Counted from the first letter of the stretch, positions 41,830-52,560 are shown. The stretch is DNA of 64,000 nt from an uncultured Planctomycetia bacterium (GCA_963804375.1 CAWDQE010000019.1:481712-545711); one strand, 5' to 3'. A program made the numbers and translations. The notes: a model not told the origin generated them from the sequence alone.

Positions 41830-41982
41830 ATTGATCTTCGCATTGAAAATGAGCCATGTAGGCCGGAACAAGCTTGCGCAGTTCCGGCGTTGATGCCGAT
41901 TCGTGCCGGAACTGCGCAAGCTTGTTCTGGCCTACGCCCCCGCCACACAACTCAATGGCTCATTTTCAATGCAAAGATCAAT
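41830..41982. repeat. 153-bp composite palindrome (two nested inverted-repeat pairs) in the intergenic region
   Basis: Outer arms: 41830-41857 ATTGATCTTCGCATTGAAAATGAGCCAT and 41955-41982 ATGGCTCATTTTCAATGCAAAGATCAAT. Inner arms: 41861-41888 GGCCGGAACAAGCTTGCGCAGTTCCGGC and 41905-41932 GCCGGAACTGCGCAAGCTTGTTCTGGCC. It lies between the stop of 42033-46513 and the start of 39382-41642, both on the - strand. Confidence 0.6.
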
Positions 41983-42032
41983 AAACCGGGCGTATTCTCC
42001 ATATTTCGCGTATCCGGCCAACCGCAGCCCGA

Positions 42033-45000
42033 TCAATGGAGCATCGGAACCTGGCCGGTGAACGTCAACTTGAAGGCGTATGCGGGGGATTCGTAGGGGG
42101 CCTTTGGGCCCGTCTTGATCGACAGTTCCTCGGCATTCTGACTGTAGGTCAAGTTCCCCGCAGCGCCTAACAGCGACACGCTCGCCAGGGTCCCCAGGTT
42201 GATCCGCGACGCGCCGAGGGTGCGGATGCGAAGTTCATCGTTCGCCCAACCCAGATTCGTGACATACAAGACGGTGTTTGCCTTATTGCGGGTGAAGCGG
42301 ATACCGTCCTCGGCCGCGATTTGCCAAGCGCGGGTGGCAAAGACCGCCTCGCCGATGATGTCCAGGCAACGGCCCATCTTGGTGAGCATGGCCACGGTTT
42401 CGGGCTCCAGTTCGCCGTCGGGCGTCAACGGCACATTCAAGAGCAGATTGCCGTTCTTGCTGACCGTGTCGATCAGCATGTGCACGGCATGCTCGGCCGA
42501 CATGTACCGGGCGGTGGCATTGCGGATCCAGTACCAATCGGCGCCCATGGTCTTGTCCGACTGCCAATGGTAATGCTGGACGGTCTCGGGATAGCCGAAC
42601 TCGTAATTATTGACGGCGATATTGGGCGTCCAATCGAGCTTGATCGTGGCCACGGCCTGCAATTTCCCGCCATTCCATTTCTGGTTCTCGTTGTAAAAAT
42701 GCGCCAACACGTTCAGCCCTGCCTGTTTGAAGGGAATGCCGCCGTCGGTGTAGTACAGATCGGGCTGATACTTGTCCATCAGGTCCTTCATGCGGTTTTC
42801 GAACTGCTGCTCGAATTGCGGCGGCCCCACGTCGCTGCGCTGCTCGTACCAGAAGCTGGTATCGTTCCATTTGACCCCGTAGAGATCGGCATATTCCGGG
42901 TCCTGGCCGTCATAGGGGACCCCTGCCAGTGGTCCCGAATGGTCGCAGCCGTGCGAAGGCTGCAGCCAGCGATAGGTCCTTGCCACGTGCGAGGCCACGC
43001 CCAGGTGCAGCCCATGTTTGTCGGTGGCCTTCTTCCACATGCCCACGATGTCCTTGCCGGAAGTGGCGACGGAATTGAACCGCGGCTGGAACTTGGAATC
43101 CCACATGTCGAAGTTGTCGTGGTGCACCGCCACGGGGACCACGTAGCGGGCGCCGACCCGCTTGTAGAGCTCGACAAGGCGGTCGGCCTGGGCCTGGTCG
43201 AACTTCGTCGCCTTGAAGAGCTTGCAGATATCCTTGTAACCAACCTTGGAGGGATGGCCATACGTGGCGCAATGGTAGCGGTAGCCCTCGCTGCCCTGCT
43301 CGTAGATCCAGCGGGCATACCAGGTGGTGGCCACGCCGGGAATGCTTTGCGGGCCCCAGTGCATGTAGATCCCCAGCTTGGCGTCCTCGAACCATTCGGG
43401 AGTCTCGTACTGTTTGAGAGACTCGACCGTGGGCTGGAAGGAAATCCGGGCCGGCTCTGCCGCGGCCGAGGAGGCGATGCCGACATCGCAGAAGGTGAGC
43501 GCGGCGATGCCGTTGGCGCCGAAGATGAGACTCTCCGGTTTCCCATCCCAGACCCGTCCCGAAATGTAGCCGATCGTCTTCGCGCTGGAGGGCGCCTTCA
43601 ACTTCAGCGTGATGACGTTTCCCGAGACCGAGCCCGCGGCGATCAGCCCCGCAACGTCGTCGAGATAGATGTCCTTCTTCATTCCGTCCTTCCAGACCAT
43701 CGGTTGGCCGAAGTCGAGCGCGATTTCATCTTTCGCTCCGCTGGTAAACCATGCCCGTTTCAGGTTCGGCGCGGTCACCGCCTGTTTCGGAACCAGACCA
43801 TAGTTGTCCACCTCCACCAACGGGCTCATGAACTGCGCAAACCGCGCATAGCCTTGCAAGTCGAAATGGCACGACCCGCGACCGGCAGTCGGGCCGGCGA
43901 TGCCGATGGTGGACATGACCCGCAGGTTCGAGAAGAGCCTGGGCAGGGTTCGCTGCGCCTCGCGAATCTGGTCATCCTTGGGACCCATGTTGCAGGGCGC
44001 CGGCCAGACCTGGAAGACATAGTAATGCTGGATGTTGGGATAGTCCTGCTTCCAGGCGGCAGCCATAGTGATAAAGTACTGTTGATAGGACTTGTAGTTG
44101 TAGTCGCCGGTGGGCGCGCCGAGCCGCTGTCGTTCTCGCCCTGGTGCCAAAGCACGCCGCGGATGCCGTGGGTCAGCCGGGCCGCCGACACGCGGGTCAG
44201 CAGACAGCCGTAGATCTTGTAGGGGCTTTGGTAGAAGGCGCCGCTCGTGTCGTAATGATTGGCCGGATTGGGCTGGTGTTGAAAAATGGGGGTGCCGCCA
44301 TAGGCGCCGTTGATGATGCAGATCGGCATCCGATACTTCTGGACCAGGTTCTTGGCCAGCACCATGCCCCACGCGCCGATCTGATGGCAGCCATAGTTGG
44401 GCTTACCCCAGATATGGGTGCGGACTGCGTTGCCCCAGCGGCCCCGCGTCGATCCCTCGAGCTGATTGCCGAAGCTGCGGATCCAGTCGTTGACCGGCGT
44501 CACGGGGTCCTCCTCGGGACCGTTGTTCGGGCCCGTGGCTTCCGCATTCGACTGCCCGTCAATGAGGTAGGCGTCGCCACAGACGAGATTCTCTACGGCG
44601 TGCAGCACCGTTTCCACGCCCCCGGTTTTCGCGCCGAACTCGACCTTATACTTGATCAGGCCCGGCTTGAGCTTGACCGTGAAGGCGTAGGCCCTGTCCG
44701 CGGCGATCGGCTGGGTTTCGGTTTTCAGCAGTTTGCCGTCGGCGTAGACCCGCAGGAACGCAGAGTCGGCCGCCTTGTCCAGCGTGCCGTTGTAATAGAG
44801 CGTGCCCTCGTTCTTGTCGTCGCGGGCGTAGAACTGATTGTCTTCGGGTTTCTCGTCCTTCGCGGGGGTCCGCTGCACCCAGGGATCGCGCGGCGGCTCC
44901 GTAACCATGATCGGCGCGGTGGCGGTGAAGGCCGCGCCGCCGTTGTCCAGTGCCAACTTGACGGTGAGCTTGCCGCTGTACTGCGAGCGCTTGAGGACCA

Positions 45001-46513
45001 GTTTGTCGGGTGCAACCTCTTGGATCACGGCCCCGCCGGCGACGGTCCAAACGTAGTGCAGCTTCCCCGCGCCTTTCGCCCGCATCGCGGCCAGGTTGCT
45101 GATCACCGGCACCACTTCGATGGTGTCCCGCCCGTTCCATGCCGCGGGCGCCCTGAGCGTGAACACCGGTTCGGGAATATCTTCCTTGACGTTCACGGGA
45201 ATGTTCCTGATCTTGGTCTCATGGGGGTAGACTGCCTTGAACTGCAACACAAAGGCCGTGTCGCCCACCACCCGCCCGGCGTCCAGGGTGTACGAAAGCC
45301 TGTCGACGGCGACGATCGTTTCCGCGCCGTCTCGTTTCAAAACCCAATAAAGCTTCTGCGCGCCCCCGGCCTGGGCGGTAACCGTAACGCTCTTGCCCTC
45401 GTCGACCTTGATCTCTGCGGGCGAGACTGAAAAGGCATTGCCCGGCTGCACCAAAGGACCGACCAAGGTCTGCTGGGCCTTCTGGTTTTCATATTCCAGC
45501 CCGATCCAGTTGGCGGACCGCGCCACCCGCGAGACCCGTACCTCGTCGATGTCGCCGGCAAAGCTGAAGTTGCCGCCCCGCAGGCCGCCGATGCACATGC
45601 CGATGTCGTTCATCAACGACATCGCGGCCTTGTGATAGTTGCTTCCCTCGAGCCGGCCGTTCACGTATATCCGGCTTGTGCCGTTCTCATAGGTGGCGGC
45701 CACGTGGGTCCACGGCCCCATCGACAGTTCCGTGCCTGCCGTCGCGCCGCCGGGGCCGTCGGATGCCCAGCCAAGTCTGGGCGGAGACTGGATATTGATC
45801 CCCACTTCGTTGCCGTCGCCGGTCCGGCCGTTGTAGCGCGTGGCATACCGGCCCCAATAGAGGATGGTTGAGCCGGCCGCTTCGGGTCCGGCCCGGAACC
45901 AGGCCTCCGACGTGAACGGCTGGTCGCTGTAGGGATAGTTCATGATGTGGTTGCCGCATTCGATCCCCTCGCCGCGGTCAAAATGCCGGCCCTGCCCGAT
46001 GATGCCAGCGGCCGGGGTCGTGCCGGCGTTCACCGGCGTGATTGCGCCGAGCTCATCCTTGAGCGTCTCGTTCATGTGCAGAACGCTGGCGTAGCCGTTG
46101 CGCGTGTTGAAGACCGCGGCCCCGTTGGATTCGGAGGCGGCATCGGCCTTGCCCCAATACATCTTGATTTCCTGGCGATCGTTGCCCTTGATGGTCGGTA
46201 TGCGGACCCAGATGCTTGCGGTGCCCTTGGCCGCATCCCACTGCTCCACCTGGTAGGCCAGCGGTCTGCCGGCGGCAGTGCAGAAGCGGATGTCTTCGCC
46301 GTGGGCCTTGGCCTGGCTGAAATCGAACCAGTCTTTGTCCAGCCGGACCAGCAGGGGAAACCCGTCCTCCGATGCCGAGGTGGGCAGATTCGCGCCCTCC
46401 GGCGTGGTCAATAGGTAGAGTGAACCCGCATGTTGCCAGCCCTGGTATTGCGCAGTGGCCGTTTGCAGAAGCAGGGCGAGCAGGGCCGCACTTAGGATGA
46501 TTGGTTTCGTCAT
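42033..46513 (-). pseudogene. ~1490-aa multidomain enzyme: DUF2341-LamG-Ig repeats-sialate O-acetylesterase (SASA/SGNH-like)-beta-sandwich-GH29 alpha-L-fucosidase, split by one frameshift (~44120; possible assembly indel)
   Basis: Signal MTKPIILSAALLALLLQTATA. DUF2341-like: PLLVRLDKDWFDFSQAKAHGEDIRF...IWVRIPTIKGNDRQEIKMYWG. Esterase: CGDAYLIDGQSNAEA...INGAYGGTPI...GIRGVLWHQGENDSG, then the frame break, continuing TGDYNYKSYQQYFITMAAAWKQDYPNIQHYYVFQVWP. GH29: PEWFEDAKLGIYMHWGPQS...YVVPVAVHHDNFDMWDS. Confidence 0.8.
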
Positions 46514-46555
46514 TGAGGCGTTCCTTGGTGATGACAGATTTCTTTCGCACTCGAT

Positions 46556-48862
46556 TTACTTCTCCAGCATGTTCTGCACGTCATGCAGGCGCGACGACGG
46601 CGTGACTCTCAGATTCTCAAGCTTGCCTGCCCGATAGACGCCTTCGACCACGGTATTCTTCGGCGCGTGGAGCTTGAAGGCGACGTTCCACGACCTTGGC
46701 CAGGCCGGGAACAGGAACAGGCGGTCGCCATCGTACTGCAACAGCATGAAATGCAGCGTATTGAGAGTATTGCTGCCGTGGTCCTGGTCGGGGATCCAGT
46801 CATTGAATGGTCCCCACATGGCGGGGAAGCGGTATGCGGCGCTGATCGACGCGCGGTCGGCAACCTGCCGGCCAGCCTCATCGCCCAGACCGAGCAACGC
46901 GGCCTGGATGCTGTCCTGGCTCCAGCAGGCGTTGGCCCTGTTCTTGCGCGCCGCGTACGTGTCGCGGGCCAGCGCCAGGTTGTCGTGGCCAACGCCGAAT
47001 AGCCGGAAGGGATAAACACCATAGAGTTCCGGATTCTCCGAGTTCGCGCAATTCGCGAAAGATTCGGCGGGCTGGATCAGTTTTCGGCCGTTGACTTCGC
47101 GGACGGGGATGGGCGGCAATTCGCTCAGCATGCGCTGCCACCGCTGCCGCTGTTGCTGGGTCGTGAACGTCTTGGGCAGGGCCAGCAGACGTGGCAGAAC
47201 GAACTCTAGCCCGGCAATCTCCGGCAACGGGTTGACGGCAACGTGCCACGTCTCGAGCGACTGCGCGGGATCAAAACGGATTTTCCCGTTTGAATCCCGC
47301 TTCCAGTATTGATCGAAGAACGAGATCAGCGGATCGGCCAGCGGGACGAGCGTCGTGCGTGCAAACTGCTCGTCCTGCGTGAAGTCGTAGCGGTCCAACA
47401 TCACCGCGATCAGTTCCAGGCAACCGCTCCAGTAGCGCTTGATGTAACCATTGGCCGGCTCCGGCGCCTTGTTGCCCCAGCCGTAGTCGTTGTTGTTGGG
47501 CAGGCCCCAGAAATACAACGTCTCGGGAAAGCTCGCTGCGTTTTCGAACTTGTAGTAAGACTTCATCCGCGCCATGCTGAGCGGCAGTGCGTCGAGATAT
47601 GCACAGAACCACGGCTCCATCATGTCGAAATCGCCCGCAGGCAGCATGGACCAGTAGGTAGGCCGCGTGTTCTGGAACCAGTAGCAGCAGCCCCACGCCC
47701 GCCAGTCGGGGTCGCCGTCGGGTGTCTGCGGCAAAGCGCCGGGCGTTTTTTCCACCGTGAAGATCGAGCCGTTGAACTTGATGGGCGATCCGCCGCGGCC
47801 GGCACAGGCATTCATGAAGCGTTGCAGCACGTAGCCCTGGGTCAGGCGCGACGGCTCCGTTTTGTCCGTTTTATCCTGCACGACAACCCAACTGCGATTC
47901 CAGAAGGATTTCCACCAGTCCGCAGTCCCACGGCGCGATTCTCCGGGAGCCGATTTCAACGCCTTTCGCTCCATGCCGTCCAGGCGCGCCAGCCAGCTCT
48001 CCGCCGTCGCCGTGCGGCCCGACAGGACGCGCACCGAAAGTCGATGTATCGTGGCGGGCGATGGCGATTTCAACCCGCGATCTCCGTCGCGAACCATCCC
48101 CTCGCCCGTCATGCTGGCGCCGAAGGTGTTCTTGAGCAACGGGTCCGTAAATCCTCCCCGCAGGGTCTGGAGATTCTGGTTGCGCAGGGTTTCGGGATAC
48201 AGCGAGCGCGTGTTGCGGTGGTACCAGACCACGCGCGGCGCGGAAGACGTCACGACAACGTCGGGCAGAACGACGGGTTTGAACGCCTGCCGGCTCAAGC
48301 CGCCGCCGGAGTGGCTGTCGTCCTGATCTCCAAAAGGACGCTCGCGCAGCCGCCACAGTTCGACCTCCGCACGACACTTCACCGGCTGCTCGGATTCCGC
48401 CTCCACGCGAACGACCGGCGCGCTGGCATCGACCCACAGACGAATTTGCACTTGGTGATTTGCAATTCGCGCCTCCAATCTCAATCAGGCCGTCGCGCAG
48501 TTTCAACTCCTGCCGGAAGCCTCCGCCGGTCACCGCCAGCGGCGGATCGAACTTGACGCGAATACGGCCGATCTTGCACAAGCGGTCGTTCTCGTCCCAG
48601 GCATCAGTCTTGCCGACGTAGAATACCAGGTCGCCGGACGGCTCGACCCAGGCGTTGACTCCGACATCGCCGTTGCCCAGCGGCATGGAGCCATGCGAGT
48701 TGTCGCTTGGCGAATTCCAGATCACGTTGCAGTGGTCGAGGTACGCCAACGGATCAACCGCCGGTGCGTCAGCGTCTTTGGTTGCGGACCTTGTCTTGTC
48801 CGCGGCGCTTGCGCAGCAAGCACCGCGACAATGAAAACCATGTTCGCTTTTACTCTCTTCAT
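46556..48862 (-). pseudogene. DUF5703 / GH95-like six-hairpin glycosidase, secreted, with one clear frameshift (~48474) and probably a second (~48800)
   Basis: DUF5703-type N-terminus NVIWNSPSDNSHGSMPLGNGDVGVNAWVEPSGDLVFYVGKTDAWDENDRLCKIGRIRVKFDP is real up to ..LKLRDGLIEIG. ORF 46556-48484 continues ARIANHQVQIRLWVDASAPVVRVEAE.... A signal peptide (MKRVKANMVFIVAVLAAQA, ATG 48862) sits in a third frame and merges near 48800. Confidence 0.65.
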
Positions 48863-48894
48863 TGCTGTGTCCTTTACTCAAACTGTAAACGTCC

Positions 48895-50367
48895 CTACCG
48901 ACCTCGCGAGACTCTATCCGCCACCGGCGCATCGAGAGTCAGCGCAAACACAGTGAAGAATGGGTCCCGGCGATCGGCCGGCAGCGTGAGATCGATCCCC
49001 TTTTCCGTCTGCTGGAAGGCAACCGCTTCACCGCCGACGACCTTCTTGACGGCCTTGACTTTCTGGGGCAGCGGCTGGAGATGGAGCGCGTCACCCTGCC
49101 AGGTCCGCGCGAAAACGTAGACGGTGTTTCCGCGGTGAGTGGATCCGCCCCAGGAGCCGTTGCGGAACGGGCCGCCGCGAGTGCCGTAAATGGCCTCGGC
49201 ACGCGGCTTGATCCAGTCGCCAACCTGTTTGAGACGCTCCACCTGCCGGGCTTCGATCTCGCCCGTGGGCATCGGGCCGATATTCAAGAGCAGATTGCCG
49301 CCGCCGCTTACGCAACTGACGAGCATGCTCAGCGTTTCATCGAGTGTGTACATCCCGCCGCCGGGCTGATACGACCATTGCCCGCCGACGAGCGTCATGC
49401 AGGATTCCCAGTCGTGCTGTAAATCCATGCGTCCGATGGACTGCTCCGGCGTATCGAAATCGCCGTCGGTCATCTTCTTGATCTCGGGCGTTGCCGGACC
49501 GCGGTCTTCGGGTGTGCCGGGCCCGCAGAACCTTGCCGCCCGGTTGTTGACGATCAGACCCGGCTGGAGCCTGTACATCATGGAAAAAAGCGCGTCGAAC
49601 TTCCATTTCCCCCAGTCGCGGCCGCCGACATGGTCGAACCACATGACGTCCACCTTGCCGTAGTTGCTCAAGAGTTCCTCGACCTGGCCCCGATACCACT
49701 TGTCGTACTTGGCGTTGTCGCCGACAAGGTAGTCCGGGTGATACCAGTCGCGGGTCGAATAGTAGAGGCCGAGCTTCATCCCGGCCTTGTGGCAGGCGTC
49801 GGCGAACTGCTTGATGATGTCCCTGCCATACGGCGCGGCCATGATGTCGTATTGGGTCAGCTTGGAATCGAACATCGAGAAGCCGTCATGGTGCTTGCAA
49901 ATGATCACCATGTACTTCATGCCGGCGTCCTGCGCGATCTTGACCCATTGGTCGGCATTGAACTTCACGGGGTTGAACTTCTTGTAGAGGTTGTCGTAAA
50001 CGGGGTCTTCCGTGCGCGGCGTCTGCACGCCGCTGATGTCCCAGGGGCGGTGGGCGTTGCGGCTCCAGCTCAATTCCTTGCCGGAGAGCGACACCGGCCC
50101 CCAGTGCAGAAACATGCCGAACTTGGCGTCGCGCCACCATCGCATCCTGGCCGACCGCTGCTGCGGCGTTTCCGTTATCTGCGGAATGTCGACGGCCTCG
50201 AGGGCCGGCTTCTGTGAATGCTGCTGCGCCTGCCGGAGCGTACCGGGACTTGCGTCGTTGCCGCCGGACGCGACGTGGTATTCCGCGGCCGCGGTACTGC
50301 GGCTCGCGAGAATCGCGAGCACGGTCAACGGTACGGCAAGCGCCTTGTGAACTCGATTGACTTGCAC
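48895..50367 (-). CDS. GH29 alpha-L-fucosidase, secreted
   Basis: Signal MQVNRVHKALAVPLTVLAILASRSTAAA. WWRDAKFGMFLHWGPVSLSG, MKYMVIICKHHDGFSMFDS and LYYSTRDWYHPDY are classical GH29 blocks, followed by a C-terminal beta-sandwich. Confidence 0.9.
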   Translation of the reverse strand: MQVNRVHKALAVPLTVLAILASRSTAAAEYHVASGGNDASPGTLRQAQQHSQKPALEAVDIPQITETPQQRSARMRWWRDAKFGMFLHWGPVSLSGKELSWSRNAHRPWDISGVQTPRTEDPVYDNLYKKFNPVKFNADQWVKIAQDAGMKYMVIICKHHDGFSMFDSKLTQYDIMAAPYGRDIIKQFADACHKAGMKLGLYYSTRDWYHPDYLVGDNAKYDKWYRGQVEELLSNYGKVDVMWFDHVGGRDWGKWKFDALFSMMYRLQPGLIVNNRAARFCGPGTPEDRGPATPEIKKMTDGDFDTPEQSIGRMDLQHDWESCMTLVGGQWSYQPGGGMYTLDETLSMLVSCVSGGGNLLLNIGPMPTGEIEARQVERLKQVGDWIKPRAEAIYGTRGGPFRNGSWGGSTHRGNTVYVFARTWQGDALHLQPLPQKVKAVKKVVGGEAVAFQQTEKGIDLTLPADRRDPFFTVFALTLDAPVADRVSRGR

Positions 50368-50401
50368 TGGTTTTCTCCTTCACTTGTTGAACGGTCTTCT
50401 G

Positions 50402-51448
50402 TCACTGCCCTGCTGCGAGGTTTTGCCACTGCGTCGGCTCGCCATCCTTGCGATTGCCCAATTGCCGGTGGGTCGCCGGGTCGATGGCGTAAGACATCTT
50501 GCATGCCGAGCCGTCGCAGAATGCCACATTGAATCCGGCCTCGTGGGCCGAGCCGAAAGAGTTGGCGTAGTCGTAACCCTTTCGGTCCATCATGGGCGGG
50601 TCGCCCGTCCAGCGGCCGATGTCTTGGTTGAAACCGATGTACTGGTTCTCGTTGTCGCCTGACGACTGTCCGGTCAGGTACATATCCACGGCGATATTTT
50701 TCTCCCCGAGCAGATAGGTGTAACTGAGACCATCCGCAACGGATGCAAAGGCAAGCGTGCTCATGGGATAATCGATTCCCGTCGTTCCAAAGGCATCCGC
50801 AGCCGTCTTCACTTGGGCCAGGGTTGCATCGGTAGGTATCGAGGCGGGCCCGCAATCGCTGTTCATGCAGTTGGAGCTCCACAAGCCCATCGAGCCGGGT
50901 TCGACGACCACGTCGCCGCCGTTGGCCGCGTAGTCGCTGCGGGCCACCGCCTGCGATGTGGGGTACTGGAAGTTGCCGCTGCCGTGCGTCCACCAAGTGA
51001 ATACCTGGACGCGGCGGCGGGTGGGACAGATCGTGATCGCCGTGGGGGTCCCCACGCGTAGTCCGTGCTGGACGTATTTCACGTCTGAGCTGCAACCCTT
51101 GCCCATGTCATGCAGGTCCGTCTGATCGACATAGGGGAGGCAATTGTAGATCCAGCCGCCCGGTTGTCGGATCCCGGCGCCGCGGTCGGCATCGCCCACC
51201 CAGCCCCATCCCCAACCGCCGCCGGGAAGAAATCGATATGCGGCCTCGAACTCCAGATTCGCCAGGGCCAGGTGCTTGATGTTGTTCATGCACTTCGCCC
51301 GACGCCCCGATTCGCGGGCGGACTGCACGGCCGGCATGAGCAGGGCGACCAGCACGCCGATGATGGTAATCACGATCAGCAGTTCCACCAAGGTGAAGCC
51401 GTGCGGGTTGGTCCGGTTTCGTTTCGCCGCTGAAGAAATTGCAAACAT
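50402..51448 (-). CDS. DUF1559 domain protein (pseudopilin-like; prepilin N-terminal methylation motif, H-X9-DG)
   Basis: N-terminus NPHGFTLVELLIVITIIGVLVALLMPAVQSARESGRRAKCMNNIKHLALA. C-terminus HEAGFNVAFCDGSACKM is the H-X9-DG signature. Confidence 0.92.
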   Translation of the reverse strand: MFAISSAAKRNRTNPHGFTLVELLIVITIIGVLVALLMPAVQSARESGRRAKCMNNIKHLALANLEFEAAYRFLPGGGWGWGWVGDADRGAGIRQPGGWIYNCLPYVDQTDLHDMGKGCSSDVKYVQHGLRVGTPTAITICPTRRRVQVFTWWTHGSGNFQYPTSQAVARSDYAANGGDVVVEPGSMGLWSSNCMNSDCGPASIPTDATLAQVKTAADAFGTTGIDYPMSTLAFASVADGLSYTYLLGEKNIAVDMYLTGQSSGDNENQYIGFNQDIGRWTGDPPMMDRKGYDYANSFGSAHEAGFNVAFCDGSACKMSYAIDPATHRQLGNRKDGEPTQWQNLAAGQ

Positions 51449-51472
51449 GGCAATCCTCGCTCAACAAGAAGT

Positions 51473-52069
51473 TTAGTACTTCAGATCGAAAACCGCTTTT
51501 TCCGCCCGTGGAGCAACTTCAGCCCCAAGCGTCGTTTCCACATTGAACCTGGCCGGGACCCTTTCACCATCCTTGGTGATCTGAATGCGATAAAAGCCCG
51601 GGGAAAGCCCCTTGACCGAGGGGTTGGCCGCGTAGGGGCTGGAAATCCATGCGATACCCTGCCGGTCCGTGGTGCCGCTGCCGGACTGGAGTCCGTCGCC
51701 AAGGAACTTCTCCGGGGCGAAAACGGCTTTCGCACCGGCCAGCGGTTCGCCGTTGTGCAGTACCCGGCAGGATACCGGCATCCGTCCCACCTTGGAATCG
51801 GCCCAGAACTTGATCCGCGCCGCGATCTCGTCCGCCGAGATCTTGCCTCGGTGGCTGGTGTCCAGCCGATCCAGGGCGGCCTTCAGCCCGGGCGCCTTTT
51901 CCAGTTCCTTGGCATCCAAAAAACCGTCCTTGTTCGTGTCGTACATGTCCATGGCCCGATTCGCCGCGGAGGCGTCGGGAGTGTCGGGCAGGACCGGCGG
52001 CAGAACGGCGCTTCCGCAGCCCCCCAGACCCAAGAGCATCGCCGAGAGATACAGTCGCACGATTTTCAT
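51473..52069 (-). CDS. Lipoprotein with EF-hand-like motif and carboxypeptidase-regulatory-like beta-sandwich (DUF1559-associated), copy 1
   Basis: Lipobox MKIVRLYLSAMLLGLGGCGS. EF-hand-like DTNKDGFLDAKELEKA and GKISADEI. C-terminal VSCRVLHNGEPLAGAKAVFAPE...GFYRIQITKDG. It sits immediately upstream, in transcription order, of a DUF1559 gene. A near-identical paralog lies at 56096-56870. Confidence 0.8.
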   Translation of the reverse strand: MKIVRLYLSAMLLGLGGCGSAVLPPVLPDTPDASAANRAMDMYDTNKDGFLDAKELEKAPGLKAALDRLDTSHRGKISADEIAARIKFWADSKVGRMPVSCRVLHNGEPLAGAKAVFAPEKFLGDGLQSGSGTTDRQGIAWISSPYAANPSVKGLSPGFYRIQITKDGERVPARFNVETTLGAEVAPRAEKAVFDLKY

Positions 52070-52217
52070 TGTCCCCTTCCTCCTCGCGCTGCATTCTAAC
52101 TCGTCAACTTGACATTGGCAATCTATTTTGCGTTTGCTTCAGGAGGACTGCAAAATCATCGACCGAGCGTTCGTAGTCCCGCCCGGCGCCATGTACTCGT
52201 GGTCGGCGGAATTCGCG

Positions 52218-52315
52218 GCATGGTTCAGAAACGGGGACTGGCTCCGAGCCCAGTAGCGATTAGGCCGCAAGAAATGGACGCCGGCGAGGTGCCTGTCCCC
52301 ATTTCTGAACCATGC
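52218..52315. mobile_element. 98-bp palindromic MITE inserted in duplication copy 1 (empty site in copy 2)
   Basis: TIRs GCATGGTTCAGAAACGGGGAC (52218-52238) and GTCCCCATTTCTGAACCATGC (52295-52315) match 20/21. Direct repeats GGAATTCGCGGC (52208-52219) and GGAATTCGCAGC (52317-52328) flank it. Copy 2 carries a single GGAATTCGCGGC at 57010-57021 with no insert. Confidence 0.6.
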
Positions 52316-52381
52316 CGGAATTCGCAGCGTCGGGACCGGCTGAAGCCGGGACTACGAACGACTTTGCAATTCTCCTGGCGC

Positions 52382-52560
52382 TCACTTGCCGGCACGGGCT
52401 GGCGGCATGCCGCCGCGCGAGACGTTGAAGACCACGCCGGGGGAGAGATAGAAACGGCAATCCTTTCAGATGACTTCATTCCCATCGGTCGTATTGACGA
52501 TTTCGCAGCGCGGCAGACGGATCGGACGCCTGGCCTCCCCGTTGAGGACGCAATTCTCCA
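52382..52560 (-). pseudogene. 3' remnant of a beta-helix/discoidin-domain gene (paralog of 57075-58778) with an internal 477-bp deletion
   Basis: Same stop context as 57075. Encodes ..ENCVLNGEARRPIRLPRCEIVNTTDGNEVI.. (compare MENCVLNGKARRSIRLPRCEIVNTTDWNEVI in the intact paralog) joined directly to the last ~15 codons (..FNVSRGGMPPARAGK). Homology ends at 52560. Confidence 0.75.

Larger units (their letters stand above)
51482..52560. repeat. Segmental duplication, copy 1 (direct repeat of 56282-57730)
   Basis: Collinear with copy 2 from CAGATCGAAAACC.. to ..GTTGAGGACGCAATTCTCCA. In the ~440 nt I aligned by eye I count roughly 2 differences per 100 nt. Copy 1 has an extra ~109 bp (MITE plus repeat at 52208-52328) and lacks 477 bp that copy 2 has at ~57124-57600. 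Confidence 0.8.
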
